Assembly (NCBI GenBank): GCA_041688155.1
Contig: JBDNIW010000013.1
Span: 1 to 55,035 of the forward strand
Source of the DNA: Minisyncoccota bacterium
GTDB taxonomy: Bacteria > Patescibacteriota > Minisyncoccia > Phycocordibacterales > UBA918
Direction: 5' to 3'
Length of the DNA: 55,035 bases
Part shown: positions 8,482-17,681 of the stretch, in pieces
Layout of the letters: each line of letters opens with the position of its first letter
Position numbering within the stretch: the first letter of the stretch is position 1
The notes under the pieces: generated by a model
Told to the model about the DNA's origin: nothing
What the model saw: the letters and a program-made list of their open reading frames with translations, nothing else
Databases searched by the model: none
Position numbers and translations under genes: made by a program

Positions 8482-9072
8482 ATGTATACATTCAAAGTTG
8501 AGCAAGCCATTCAGGCGGCGGCGGTATTACACCAAGACCATCAACGCAAAGGGGCGGTACCAATCCCGTATATTACTCATCTGGTCGCCGTCATGCTGAT
8601 TTTGCGTGACTATACCAGTGATGAAGACACGTTGGTCGCGGCGCTCTTACATGACACCCTTGAGGATACCGACTACACAGCAGAAGAGATGCGAGTTGAC
8701 TTTGGTGAGACCGTCACCACTATTGTCACCACCCTGACGGAACCTAAATTTGATCGGGAGCAAAAACTGCCGTGGCGAGAGACTAAGTTCCGCTACGCCA
8801 AACAAATCAAATACGGCCCACTGGCTGCTGTGCATATTGCCGCAGCTGACAAGTCTCACAATTTTCGCAGCATCGTCGAGGAATACCACGACGACCCTAA
8901 CCGCTTTATGCAGGATTTTGGGAAAAACCTCGATGAGCGCCTTGACGCGTATCAAACCATCGCCAATTCTATCAACAGCCGCCTCAAAGATGGTATAGTG
9001 CACGAATTCAACCACACCTTTGCCGCCTATAAACAATTCATCCTCAATGTCCAAACCAACAAAGAAGGGTAG
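8482..9072 (+). CDS. HD-domain protein, RelA/SpoT-type (p)ppGpp hydrolase-like
   Basis: YITHLVAV...LVAALLHDTLEDTDYT..FGETV pattern of SpoT/Mesh1 HD hydrolases. Confidence 0.75.
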   Translation: MYTFKVEQAIQAAAVLHQDHQRKGAVPIPYITHLVAVMLILRDYTSDEDTLVAALLHDTLEDTDYTAEEMRVDFGETVTTIVTTLTEPKFDREQKLPWRETKFRYAKQIKYGPLAAVHIAAADKSHNFRSIVEEYHDDPNRFMQDFGKNLDERLDAYQTIANSINSRLKDGIVHEFNHTFAAYKQFILNVQTNKEG

Positions 9073-10873
9073 CGCTTTCAATTATACCCCAAACTACAAT
9101 CTACCCACATTGCCAAAAAAAATCCCCACCAAATGGGATATGACTGGTTTGTATTATACCTCTGTATCTGACCCGCAAATTGAAAAAGACGTTGTGGGCA
9201 CAGAGAAGTTATACAAAAGCTTTGTAAAAAAGTACCAAGGATCTGACTTTACATCTAACCCAAAGACGCTCAAAGCTGCCCTACTGCAACTAAACACTCT
9301 CGAAGCCAATGGAATCAGCGGAAAACCCACCCGCTATTTGTCACTCCTGACAGCACTCAATGCTAACGACGAGGTGGCAACCAAACGACTAGCGCTCCTG
9401 GGTCAACGCCTCACCAAAGTTGGAAACAGTCTCTTATTTTTCGGGCTTGAACTGGCAAAAACTAACAAGGAAAACCAACGGCGGCTACTGAACGCACCTG
9501 AACTGACTGACTTTACTTATTATCTAAAAGGGGTGTTTGAAAATGCTAAGTACCAATTGACCGAACCAGAAGAAAAAATCATCCGGTTACTAGGCAATTG
9601 TTCATACAGCATGTGGGTTGATGCGACTGAGAAAATGATCAGTAACAAAAGTGTACCCTACAAAGGAAAAGAAATTCCAGTTAACGAAGCCCTCAACACA
9701 ATCACCACTCTACCGTTTCAAGAGCAACAAACGTTCTGGGAAGCAACTATGAAAGTCGTCGCAACCCTGGATGAGGTGGTTGAACATGAACTGACTGCCA
9801 TTTGTACACGAGTAAAAATCAGCGATGAACTCCGGGGCTATAAAAAGCCCTACAGCGCCTCAGTTATAGACAAAGAAGACGACGAAAAAAGTGTCGAAGC
9901 TCTCATTACGGCGGTCAGCACCAAGGGTTTTAACCTCAGTAAAAAATTCTATCAACACAAAGCCAAGTTGCATGGTTTGAAACAGATGGAGTACGGCCAA
10001 CGCAATGCGGTACTAGGTTCGCCAGCAATCATTGACTTCGCCCAATCAACCGAGATCTGTCGTGATGTGTTCTACGGGGTTGACCCCCAGTACGGTGAGA
10101 TTTTTGACAAAATCCTCACTAACGGGCAGATCGATGTCTACCCCAAAAAAGGTAAGGGCGGTGGCGCATTTATGTCGGCTGGTACCAACCAACCAACCCA
10201 AGTATTTCTCAATCATACCAACACAATCAACTCACTGGAAACCTACGCACATGAAATGGGACACGCTATCCACTCTGAGCGATCAAAAATCCAGCCAGTA
10301 CACTACGACAGTTACTCACTCACAACAGCTGAGACGGCGAGTACCTTGTTTGAAGGATTGCTTTTTGATGCTGTGCTCGCACAATCAACCCCTGACCAGC
10401 AAGCAACCCTACTCCACAACAAACTTATCGGTGATATTGCCACCATTCAGCGGCAAATAGCCTTTCATAATTTTGAGCTTGAGATGCACCTGAGCGTACG
10501 AGAACAGGGAGCTGTCACCAAAACTGACCTCAACACGATGATGCAAAAACACCTCAAGTCGTATTGCGGACCTGGCGTGAATGTTACCGAACTAGATGGC
10601 AACTCGTATATCTACGTTGGTCATTTTCGTTATAATTTCTACGTCTACACATACGTGTTTGGCATCCTCATGAGCAGTATCATGGCCGAGAAGTTTGCGG
10701 CCGAAAACAGTTACGCTGTAAAAATCGACCAATTTCTCACCGCTGGTGGGAGTGATAACGTCGCCAACATCTTCAAGTCAATTGGGATTAATACCAAGAA
10801 AGTTGAGACGTTTGAGTATGGTCTGATCAAAATGGAACAAGAAATCAAACTGCTCCAAAAACTTACTCAGTAA
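9047..10873 (+). CDS. pepF: oligoendopeptidase F family (M3B) metallopeptidase
   Basis: HEMGHAIH zinc motif and M3B-like length; start uncertain (9020 or 9047), overlaps previous gene. Confidence 0.8.
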   Translation: MSKPTKKGSAFNYTPNYNLPTLPKKIPTKWDMTGLYYTSVSDPQIEKDVVGTEKLYKSFVKKYQGSDFTSNPKTLKAALLQLNTLEANGISGKPTRYLSLLTALNANDEVATKRLALLGQRLTKVGNSLLFFGLELAKTNKENQRRLLNAPELTDFTYYLKGVFENAKYQLTEPEEKIIRLLGNCSYSMWVDATEKMISNKSVPYKGKEIPVNEALNTITTLPFQEQQTFWEATMKVVATLDEVVEHELTAICTRVKISDELRGYKKPYSASVIDKEDDEKSVEALITAVSTKGFNLSKKFYQHKAKLHGLKQMEYGQRNAVLGSPAIIDFAQSTEICRDVFYGVDPQYGEIFDKILTNGQIDVYPKKGKGGGAFMSAGTNQPTQVFLNHTNTINSLETYAHEMGHAIHSERSKIQPVHYDSYSLTTAETASTLFEGLLFDAVLAQSTPDQQATLLHNKLIGDIATIQRQIAFHNFELEMHLSVREQGAVTKTDLNTMMQKHLKSYCGPGVNVTELDGNSYIYVGHFRYNFYVYTYVFGILMSSIMAEKFAAENSYAVKIDQFLTAGGSDNVANIFKSIGINTKKVETFEYGLIKMEQEIKLLQKLTQ

Positions 10874-10876
10874 GAG

Positions 10877-10885
10877 TGCTATAAT
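10877..10885 (+). promoter_or_regulatory. extended -10 TGcTATAAT, 9 nt before ATG 10895
   Basis: Read directly. Confidence 0.5.
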
Positions 10886-10894
10886 CCATCCACT

Positions 10895-11167
10895 ATGAGC
10901 ATGCTATTTTTAGGAATGACGTTAAGTGTTATTGGTAAAGGGATGCTCGGGCTGGCCATCATCTGGGTTCATGTGACTATGGCAACCGAACGCACGATTG
11001 ACGAGCAGGTAATCAGAGCCTTTCGGCGAGAAACTGTCATTACCATTCTGGCGCTGTTTCTGATTTTCTCGGGTTACGTTTTAGAAATTATCGGACTAGG
11101 AGGCTTTGGCACCATGATCGCATGCACGGGAGCGGAATGCGCTGCCATGTTGGGTGGAGCGCTCTAA
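10895..11167 (+). CDS. small hypothetical membrane protein
   Basis: 90-aa ORF, two hydrophobic helices; TGcTATAAT 9 nt upstream; terminator downstream. Confidence 0.5.
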   Translation: MSMLFLGMTLSVIGKGMLGLAIIWVHVTMATERTIDEQVIRAFRRETVITILALFLIFSGYVLEIIGLGGFGTMIACTGAECAAMLGGAL

Positions 11168-11169
11168 AC

Positions 11170-11197
11170 AAAAAAGCCGCCTATAGGCTGCTTTTTT
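11170..11197 (+). terminator. intrinsic terminator (A-tract/hairpin/T-tract)
   Basis: AAAAAAGCCGCC-tata-GGCTGCTTTTTT, one mismatch. Confidence 0.7.
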
Positions 11198-11207
11198 GGT
11201 ACAGCTA

Positions 11208-11216
11208 TAGTACAAT
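11208..11216 (+). promoter_or_regulatory. -10 TAgTACAAT, 7 nt before alaS ATG 11224
   Basis: Read directly; follows terminator. Confidence 0.45.
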
Positions 11217-11223
11217 CTCGGGC

Positions 11224-13161
11224 ATGACTGGAAACGAAATCCGAAGCAAATATTTAGCATTTATGGAAAGAAATGGCCACGCGGCGGTTCCCTCTAGTGC
11301 GCTCGTGCCAGAAAATGATCCTACCACCTTGTTTACCGGTAGCGGTATGCAACCACTGGTGCCCTATTTGATGGGAGAAACTCACCCCAAAGGTACTCGG
11401 ATCGTGAACAGTCAAAAGTGCTTCCGGGCAGCGGATATCGAGGAAGTCGGTGACACCAGCCACACGACGTTTTTTGAAATGCTCGGCAACTGGTCACTGG
11501 GGGATTATTTTAAAGCTGAGCAGATAGAGTGGATTGCTAGTTTTTACCTCGATGAGATTGGTCTCGACCCAGAAAAATTCTACATCACCGCGTTTATCGG
11601 TGACGAAGCCACTGGTGTACCCAAAGACACCGAGGCCGTTGAAATCTGGCAATCAATCCTGCGAGCTCGAGGATTGAGCCATGAAGCAGTTGAACTAGGC
11701 TCCGCTGCAGACGCGAGTAAACGCGGCATCAAACCTGGTGAACGGATTTTTTACTACGATGCTGCCGAAAACTGGTGGAGTCGGGTTGGCAAACCAGAAA
11801 ACATGCCTTTAGGTGAGATCGGTGGTGGAGACAGTGAGATGTTTTATGACTTTGGTACTCCGCATGACACAAAGTTTGGCGAACATTGCCATCCGGCGTG
11901 CGACTGCGGGCGATTTATGGAGATTGGCAACAACGTGTTTATGGAGTACATCAAAACCGAAAGCGGGTTTGAGCCACTGCCGGCCAAAAACATTGATTTC
12001 GGCGGGGGACTAGAGCGCATCGCCGCAGCCAGTATCAACTCACCCGACGTATACAAAGTTGACCTACTCTGGACGGTGATCGAGCAAATTGCCAGGCTAT
12101 CGGGGAAGCAATACGATGAGAATCTTGAGGCTTTTAGAGTAATTACCGATCACATAAGGGGGGCTGTGTTTATGATTGGAGATGGTGTACAGCCAGGCAA
12201 CACTGATCAAGGCTACTTTGTACGACGGTTACTGCGTCGAGCGGTGCGGTTTGCTGATCTCCTTGAGGTCCCAGCTGGCGAATTTGCTAATCTGGCCAAA
12301 AGTGTGATTATGTCGTACCAATCCCACTACACCAACCTGGCCGACAGAGAAGCCGAGATCATTGCGGCCATCAGTACCGAAGAAGCTCAATTCCGCAAAA
12401 CCCTCGAAAACGGCCTCAAACAATTCAATAAAATATCCCTCCAAGTGCACGTCGACACCAAAATGGTTGACGGAAAAAAAGTCATTGACAAATCAACTGC
12501 CCATGGAATCAAATCAATCGGTGCCCAAAATGCTTTTGATCTATTTACAACGTACGGATTCCCAATCGAATTAACGCAAGAGATCGCAACTGAGAAGGGT
12601 CTAGTGGTAGACCTTAATGGATTCCAAAAACTAATGGAAGGGCACCGGGCACTATCACGCGCCGGCGCTGAGCATAAATTCAAAGGTGGGTTGGCTGATA
12701 GTTCAGAGGTTGTGGTGCAATACCACACTGCGACCCACTTGCTTCTCTCGGCGCTGCGTCACCACCTGGGAGACCACGTTCACCAAGCTGGTAGCAACAT
12801 CACGAGCGAACGGATGCGCTTTGATTTCACTCACACAGAGAAAGTGGAACGAGATAGGCTCGACCAGATTGAAAACTGGGTTAATGAGGCGATCAAAGCC
12901 GGTGGAGTTGTGACAACTGACATGATAAGTAAAGACGCCGCGCAAGCAGACGAGACCATCGAGGCTAGTTTCTGGGACAGGTATCCAGATGAGGTCAAGG
13001 TCTACAGCATGACCGGAAACGGCGGGACTATCTACTCCCGAGAACTATGCGGTGGTCCTCACCTGCAAAACTTCACCGAGTTCAGTGACCTCACCTTTAA
13101 AATTACCAAAGAAGAATCCTCGGCAGCCGGAATACGCCGCATCAAGGCCGTGCTCGAATAA
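11224..13161 (+). CDS. alaS: alanyl-tRNA synthetase (short form ending after editing domain)
   Basis: FTGSGMQPL, KCFRA.DIEEVGDTSHTTFFEMLGNWS, HTATHLL, CGGPH motifs; start at ATG 11224 after terminator and -10. Confidence 0.9.
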   Translation: MTGNEIRSKYLAFMERNGHAAVPSSALVPENDPTTLFTGSGMQPLVPYLMGETHPKGTRIVNSQKCFRAADIEEVGDTSHTTFFEMLGNWSLGDYFKAEQIEWIASFYLDEIGLDPEKFYITAFIGDEATGVPKDTEAVEIWQSILRARGLSHEAVELGSAADASKRGIKPGERIFYYDAAENWWSRVGKPENMPLGEIGGGDSEMFYDFGTPHDTKFGEHCHPACDCGRFMEIGNNVFMEYIKTESGFEPLPAKNIDFGGGLERIAAASINSPDVYKVDLLWTVIEQIARLSGKQYDENLEAFRVITDHIRGAVFMIGDGVQPGNTDQGYFVRRLLRRAVRFADLLEVPAGEFANLAKSVIMSYQSHYTNLADREAEIIAAISTEEAQFRKTLENGLKQFNKISLQVHVDTKMVDGKKVIDKSTAHGIKSIGAQNAFDLFTTYGFPIELTQEIATEKGLVVDLNGFQKLMEGHRALSRAGAEHKFKGGLADSSEVVVQYHTATHLLLSALRHHLGDHVHQAGSNITSERMRFDFTHTEKVERDRLDQIENWVNEAIKAGGVVTTDMISKDAAQADETIEASFWDRYPDEVKVYSMTGNGGTIYSRELCGGPHLQNFTEFSDLTFKITKEESSAAGIRRIKAVLE

Positions 13162-13207
13162 ACATCCCCACATTGGAACAACAATCACCCCCGGCCGTCA
13201 TTGTTCT

Positions 13208-13216
13208 TGCTATACT
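13208..13216 (+). promoter_or_regulatory. extended -10 TGcTATACT, 8 nt before ATG 13225
   Basis: Read directly. Confidence 0.5.
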
Positions 13217-13224
13217 GTTGATAT

Positions 13225-14400
13225 ATGTTGTTTTCTCGCGGCGCTGCTAGCGGCTATACTCTTTTGGTTGACGTTGGGTCAGGCAGTATTGGATTGGCGG
13301 TGGTTGCGGGTGACAGTAAGGTAGATTTTGTTTGGTCGCACCGTGAGCACACACCGCTCAAAGTCACCGATTCAATTACTGAGAGCAGCAAGGCGGTCAT
13401 CACTGCCATCATGAACGCGCTGTTGATCTTTGAGTCGGAGGGCAGGCCAGCGCTGTTGACACATGACGCGTCAGCTCGAATTACCACCATCCAGGCTACT
13501 GTGGCGGCACCATGGTCCTACACCGTAGCCAGAACAGTGACGTTTAGTAACGACGAGCCATTTGTAATTACTAAGGATTTACTAGAGAACTTAGCCAAAA
13601 CCGCCGCTGATCAAGCAATCGCTGAGTTTAGTGCAGAGCATTCATTAACGAGCTTGGGTGTACAAGAAACAAGCCGAACCATTCTCGACGCTCATGCCAA
13701 CGGCTACCGCATCACTACGCCAAACAAACAGCAAGCAACCCAGCTGTGTGTTACGCACGTCAGCACGTTCATCCGAAAAGAGATAGTTGTCAGTCTAACA
13801 AAACTCCAAGAAAAACTTTTTGCTGAAGTACCGCTTGAAATCACATCGTTTATGCTGGCTAACTATTATGTTACCGATGCAATCCAAGCAACTAGTGATG
13901 ACTATTGTCTAGTTGATGTGACTAATGAAGCCACTGAATTAGGAATCGTTAGACAGAATACTTTACAATACAGCACTCATATAGCGTTTGGACGCGCGTC
14001 GCTCGCCCGGGAAGTAAGTGCTGCAACCGAAGTAACTATGCATGAGGCGTTTACCAGCATCAGAACTCTCCATCAACAAGAAAATCTACATGACGACATC
14101 GCAGCAGCATTGGCGGCCTACCAAGACCAACTGATTTTGTTATTCAAAGAAACTGGCGACCGCCTCACTATCCCAAAACACATCTACCTCCAAGCCGATG
14201 CTGGTCTGGCTGACTTCTTTGCTCCGATGGTGGAGAGAGCTGGTAAAGCAGCTAGCAAGGGGAATGTCCTAGTAACGCCACTGACCCCAAGCAAACTTAA
14301 GTATGACGGCACATTAAGTGTTTCAACTGATACTGCTCTACTGGTCGCAAAAAGCTTTTTCCACACAAAACCGTCGAGGACTTATTTTCTTTACTTATAA
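13225..14400 (+). CDS. hypothetical protein, possible actin-like (ASKHA) ATPase fold
   Basis: LLVDVGSGSIGLAVV and CLVDVTNEATELGIV resemble phosphate-1/2 motifs of FtsA/PilM-type proteins; weak. Confidence 0.5.
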   Translation: MLFSRGAASGYTLLVDVGSGSIGLAVVAGDSKVDFVWSHREHTPLKVTDSITESSKAVITAIMNALLIFESEGRPALLTHDASARITTIQATVAAPWSYTVARTVTFSNDEPFVITKDLLENLAKTAADQAIAEFSAEHSLTSLGVQETSRTILDAHANGYRITTPNKQQATQLCVTHVSTFIRKEIVVSLTKLQEKLFAEVPLEITSFMLANYYVTDAIQATSDDYCLVDVTNEATELGIVRQNTLQYSTHIAFGRASLAREVSAATEVTMHEAFTSIRTLHQQENLHDDIAAALAAYQDQLILLFKETGDRLTIPKHIYLQADAGLADFFAPMVERAGKAASKGNVLVTPLTPSKLKYDGTLSVSTDTALLVAKSFFHTKPSRTYFLYL

Positions 14401-14418
14401 AAGCTATACTATATCTAT

Positions 14419-15759
14419 ATGTCGCAAAAATGGAACCTACAAGATATCCGCCCAGCTGGTGAAGTCCGCCCCAAGCGACCAGTTATACAAAAACCACGAT
14501 CCACGGGAGGAGGATCAACAGACTCAGAAACAGTCCCCACGCGTCAACGACTAATGTCTCGTCCGCTTAATAATGATCCACGAATTGTTATTACAGACGG
14601 CACCAAAAAAGATCGCAATCGATTAACTCTAGCCATTACTTTCTTTGTCGTAATTGTTGGTGCAGCGACTTTGCTCAGCGGTTTGCTTGGTAAAACCGAA
14701 CTAACTATCTATCCAGAATTCAGAGACCCCAACATTAACGCTGAGTTCACCGCGTTTCCAACTCCAACCGATGGTGCCCTCAGTTACGAAATCATGACCC
14801 TCGAAGAAACCCGTGAGAGTCAGGTGCAGGCGAGTGGTTCGATTGACGTCGAAGAACAGGCCACTGGTGTTCTTGAAATCAGTAAAAGCACCCCCGGGGC
14901 GGAGCGCTTAATCAAAAACACCCGATTCCGCAGTCCTAATGGACTGGTCTACCGGATTCAAGAATCAGTTGTTGTACCTGGGGCTATCAATGGCAACGAT
15001 GGCACAATCCAAGCCGAAGTATTTGCTGATGATGTTGGTGAACAATACAATCTCTCAGCTGGCACAACGTTTGACATCCCCGGCTTTCAGGAGGGTGGGT
15101 TCACCGATTTATTTAACGCCATCAAGGCTCGAAACCTAGCGGCGATTGCTGGAGGGTTTGATGGTCCACAGTTCCAAATTGACGATGGGGAGCTAAACAC
15201 TGCCAGACAAGCAATCCAGATTGAACTGCGCAATGCACTCCTGGAGAAAATAGCTGCTAACAAACCAGCCGGTATGATTGCGTTCCCTGGAGCGGTAGCT
15301 ATCACCTACAACCAACTACCAGCTATCGAGTATGACCAAGATCGCGTCACCATCCGGGAGCAAGCCATCCTGCAGGTACCATTATTCACGGCGGGTGATT
15401 TTGGGACTTTTATTGCACAAGAAACCGTCGCCACGTACTCAGGTGGACCTGTCCGCGTCGACGATCCTAGCCAGCTGATATTTAACTACAGCTCAGCTAC
15501 CACCAGCAACAGCGTGCTTGCTAATATTGAATCCTTAACCTTTAGCCTGACTGGAAAGCCACGACTGATCTGGGAGTACGACGCCGAAAAACTCAAAGCT
15601 GACCTGGCTGGTCTACCTAAAACTGCCATAGCAAACGCCATCACCGCCTACCCAGGTATCGACCGAGCGCGCGTCCAAGTCACACCATTTTGGAAAAGAA
15701 CCTTTCCTGAGAGTGTAGAGGCGATTCAAATCATTGAAGTCATCGATGCCACCAATTAG
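14419..15759 (+). CDS. hypothetical single-pass membrane protein with large extracytoplasmic domain
   Basis: 446-aa ORF; basic N-terminus, one TM (LTLAITFFVVIVGAATLLSGLL); no family recognised. Confidence 0.5.
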   Translation: MSQKWNLQDIRPAGEVRPKRPVIQKPRSTGGGSTDSETVPTRQRLMSRPLNNDPRIVITDGTKKDRNRLTLAITFFVVIVGAATLLSGLLGKTELTIYPEFRDPNINAEFTAFPTPTDGALSYEIMTLEETRESQVQASGSIDVEEQATGVLEISKSTPGAERLIKNTRFRSPNGLVYRIQESVVVPGAINGNDGTIQAEVFADDVGEQYNLSAGTTFDIPGFQEGGFTDLFNAIKARNLAAIAGGFDGPQFQIDDGELNTARQAIQIELRNALLEKIAANKPAGMIAFPGAVAITYNQLPAIEYDQDRVTIREQAILQVPLFTAGDFGTFIAQETVATYSGGPVRVDDPSQLIFNYSSATTSNSVLANIESLTFSLTGKPRLIWEYDAEKLKADLAGLPKTAIANAITAYPGIDRARVQVTPFWKRTFPESVEAIQIIEVIDATN

Positions 15760-15797
15760 TTGTCCGCACAGCTTTTGTTGACGCATATATCATCGTC

Positions 15798-15806
15798 TGG
15801 TACACT
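15798..15806 (+). promoter_or_regulatory. extended -10 TGgTACACT, 12 nt before infA ATG
   Basis: Read directly. Confidence 0.45.
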
Positions 15807-15818
15807 CAGCCAGTTCAA

Positions 15819-16046
15819 ATGGATCAAGATACTAACACCGAAGCTGAGGAGCTCGTATACGGCATTGTAGAGGAAGCGTTACCGAACACGCATTTTCGAG
15901 TTGTCGTAGAAGGAGAGCCTGAGCCAGTGCTAGCGTATCTCTCTGGTCGCATGCGCCGCTTTCGTATCCGCGTTCTCGTGGGTGACAAGGTAGGTCTAGT
16001 TATCGATCCATATGGAGGCAAGGCACGCATCACTAAGCGTAACTAA
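15819..16046 (+). CDS. infA: translation initiation factor IF-1
   Basis: [17 protein letters not shown]...[19 protein letters not shown]1-like IF-1 pattern. Confidence 0.9.
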   Translation: MDQDTNTEAEELVYGIVEEALPNTHFRVVVEGEPEPVLAYLSGRMRRFRIRVLVGDKVGLVIDPYGGKARITKRN

Positions 16047-16051
16047 ACATT

Positions 16052-16165
16052 ATGAAAGTACAATCATCAGTAAAACCAATGTGTAAGGATTGTCAGGTAG
16101 TAAAACGCTCTGGCGTAGTTCGAGTTACCTGTAAAAATCCCCGACACAAACAGCGTCAAGGCTAA
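16052..16165 (+). CDS. rpmJ: 50S ribosomal protein L36
   Basis: Not in ORF track (37 aa): [37 protein letters not shown] translated by hand; canonical position after infA. Confidence 0.9.
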   Translation: MKVQSSVKPMCKDCQVVKRSGVVRVTCKNPRHKQRQG

Positions 16166-16176
16166 TCAATTATCAT

Positions 16177-16554
16177 ATGCGAATTTCTGGTATAACTATT
16201 CCTGACGAAAAACACTTATCGTATGCGCTTACAGCAGTATATGGTATAGGGTTTACTCGGGCAAAAACTATCTTGACTGAGCTCAACGTTGAGCACACCA
16301 AGAAGGCTACCGATCTGACCACAGATCAAGAAAACGCCATCCGCGAAAAAATTGAATCTTTTACCATCGAAGGTGAACTCAAGCGAACTGTCGCTGGAAA
16401 CATCAAGCGATTAAAAGACATCAAATCGTATCGTGGCTCACGGCATGCCAAAGGGCTTCCAGCTCGAGGACAAAACACCAAGACTAACGCCCGCACGCTC
16501 AAGGGAGCTAAAAAGACTATGGGTAGTGGTCGTCGTAAACTTGAGAAGACGTAG
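16177..16554 (+). CDS. rpsM: 30S ribosomal protein S13
   Basis: MRISGITIP...YGIG...YRGSRHAKGLPARGQNTKTNART. Confidence 0.95.
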   Translation: MRISGITIPDEKHLSYALTAVYGIGFTRAKTILTELNVEHTKKATDLTTDQENAIREKIESFTIEGELKRTVAGNIKRLKDIKSYRGSRHAKGLPARGQNTKTNARTLKGAKKTMGSGRRKLEKT

Positions 16555-16589
16555 GTCGTCTCTCTATTATTAATTTCGTACATGAACCT

Positions 16590-17021
16590 ATGGGTAAGAA
16601 ACGAACAGTAAAAAAATCTGGTGGATCAGACGTAGCGGGAACCTCCCGAGCGTTAAATCGTATCCCTAAGCGAAAGCTTCCAAGTGGTACACTAAACATC
16701 CTCGCCACTTTTAACAACACACTACTCACGTTGTGTGATGCTAAAGGTAACGCCGTGATGTCAGCATCCTCTGGCGCGCTAGGATTCAAAGGTGCACGTA
16801 AGAGTACACCATTTGCAGCAGCTAAAGTCGGTGAGATCATCGGTGAAAAAGCCGGGCAGATGGGCATGAAAGACGCAGAAGTAGTTGTCCGCGGAGTTGG
16901 TGCCGGACGAGAGTCAGCCTTGCGTGCTTTCTCTGGTCAAGGTATCAGTATCAGCAAGATCACTGATAAAACTCCCGTACCATTTAATGGCCCGCGCCCT
17001 CCTAAGGCACGACGCGTATAA
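16590..17021 (+). CDS. rpsK: 30S ribosomal protein S11
   Basis: ATFNNTLLTL.D..GN....SSG..GFKGARKSTPFAA pattern; position in alpha operon. Confidence 0.95.
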   Translation: MGKKRTVKKSGGSDVAGTSRALNRIPKRKLPSGTLNILATFNNTLLTLCDAKGNAVMSASSGALGFKGARKSTPFAAAKVGEIIGEKAGQMGMKDAEVVVRGVGAGRESALRAFSGQGISISKITDKTPVPFNGPRPPKARRV

Positions 17022-17031
17022 TTTGTAATAT

Positions 17032-17646
17032 ATGATCATTGGACCAAAATACAAAATTGCCAAACGACTCGGTGCTCCGATCTTTGAAAAGACTAAAACT
17101 GCAAAGTTTGAACAGTCTTTACAACGATCACTCGGGAACCAACGTCGTGGACGAAGGCCAGGGCAAATGTCTGACTACAAACGTCAGCTCATCGAAAAGC
17201 AAAAAATGCGATTTACCTACGGTATTTCTGAGAAGCAGCTCCGCAAGTACGTAAATGAGGCGGTTGAAAAAAGTAACCAACCAGTAGCACTCCTCATGGA
17301 CCGACTAGAGTCGCGCCTAGACAACATCATCTATCGTATGGGACTAGCCAAAACCCGACAGATGTCACGTCAGATGGCATCACACGGTCATTTCTGTGTC
17401 AACGGAAAGAAGATGACTATCCCTTCGCACAAAGTAAAACCAGGCGACATCATCAGTGTCCGAGAGGGTAGTCGACAAAGTGTTCTATTTATTGGACTAG
17501 ACGAATCATACGAAGCGGCATCTGTGCCAGCTTGGGTGACGTTTGATATCAAGAAGATGGAAGGAGAAATGAAAACTGCCCCGGTATATAATCCGGTCGA
17601 GACGCTCTTTGATCCAGAGCAGGTGATGGAATACTACAGTCGATAG
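17032..17646 (+). CDS. rpsD: 30S ribosomal protein S4
   Basis: SDYKRQLIEKQKMRFTYGISEKQ...RLDNIIYRMGLA..R.MSRQ...HGH. Confidence 0.95.
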   Translation: MIIGPKYKIAKRLGAPIFEKTKTAKFEQSLQRSLGNQRRGRRPGQMSDYKRQLIEKQKMRFTYGISEKQLRKYVNEAVEKSNQPVALLMDRLESRLDNIIYRMGLAKTRQMSRQMASHGHFCVNGKKMTIPSHKVKPGDIISVREGSRQSVLFIGLDESYEAASVPAWVTFDIKKMEGEMKTAPVYNPVETLFDPEQVMEYYSR

Positions 17647-17681
17647 AAATAGTAGTAATTAGTAAAATAAGTAATTGCATT

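Noticed and set aside
11122-11223. Longer N-terminal extensions offered by the ORF track for alaS (11122), mnmA (3968), MGMT (8061), yigZ-like (24520), the methyltransferase (7498), ftsW (40154) and the sunset-like gene (54161)
   Set aside because: The extensions overlap the preceding gene, a terminator or a repeat element, and add non-homologous residues. Downstream ATGs sit at the expected distance from -10 elements or overlap upstream stops.
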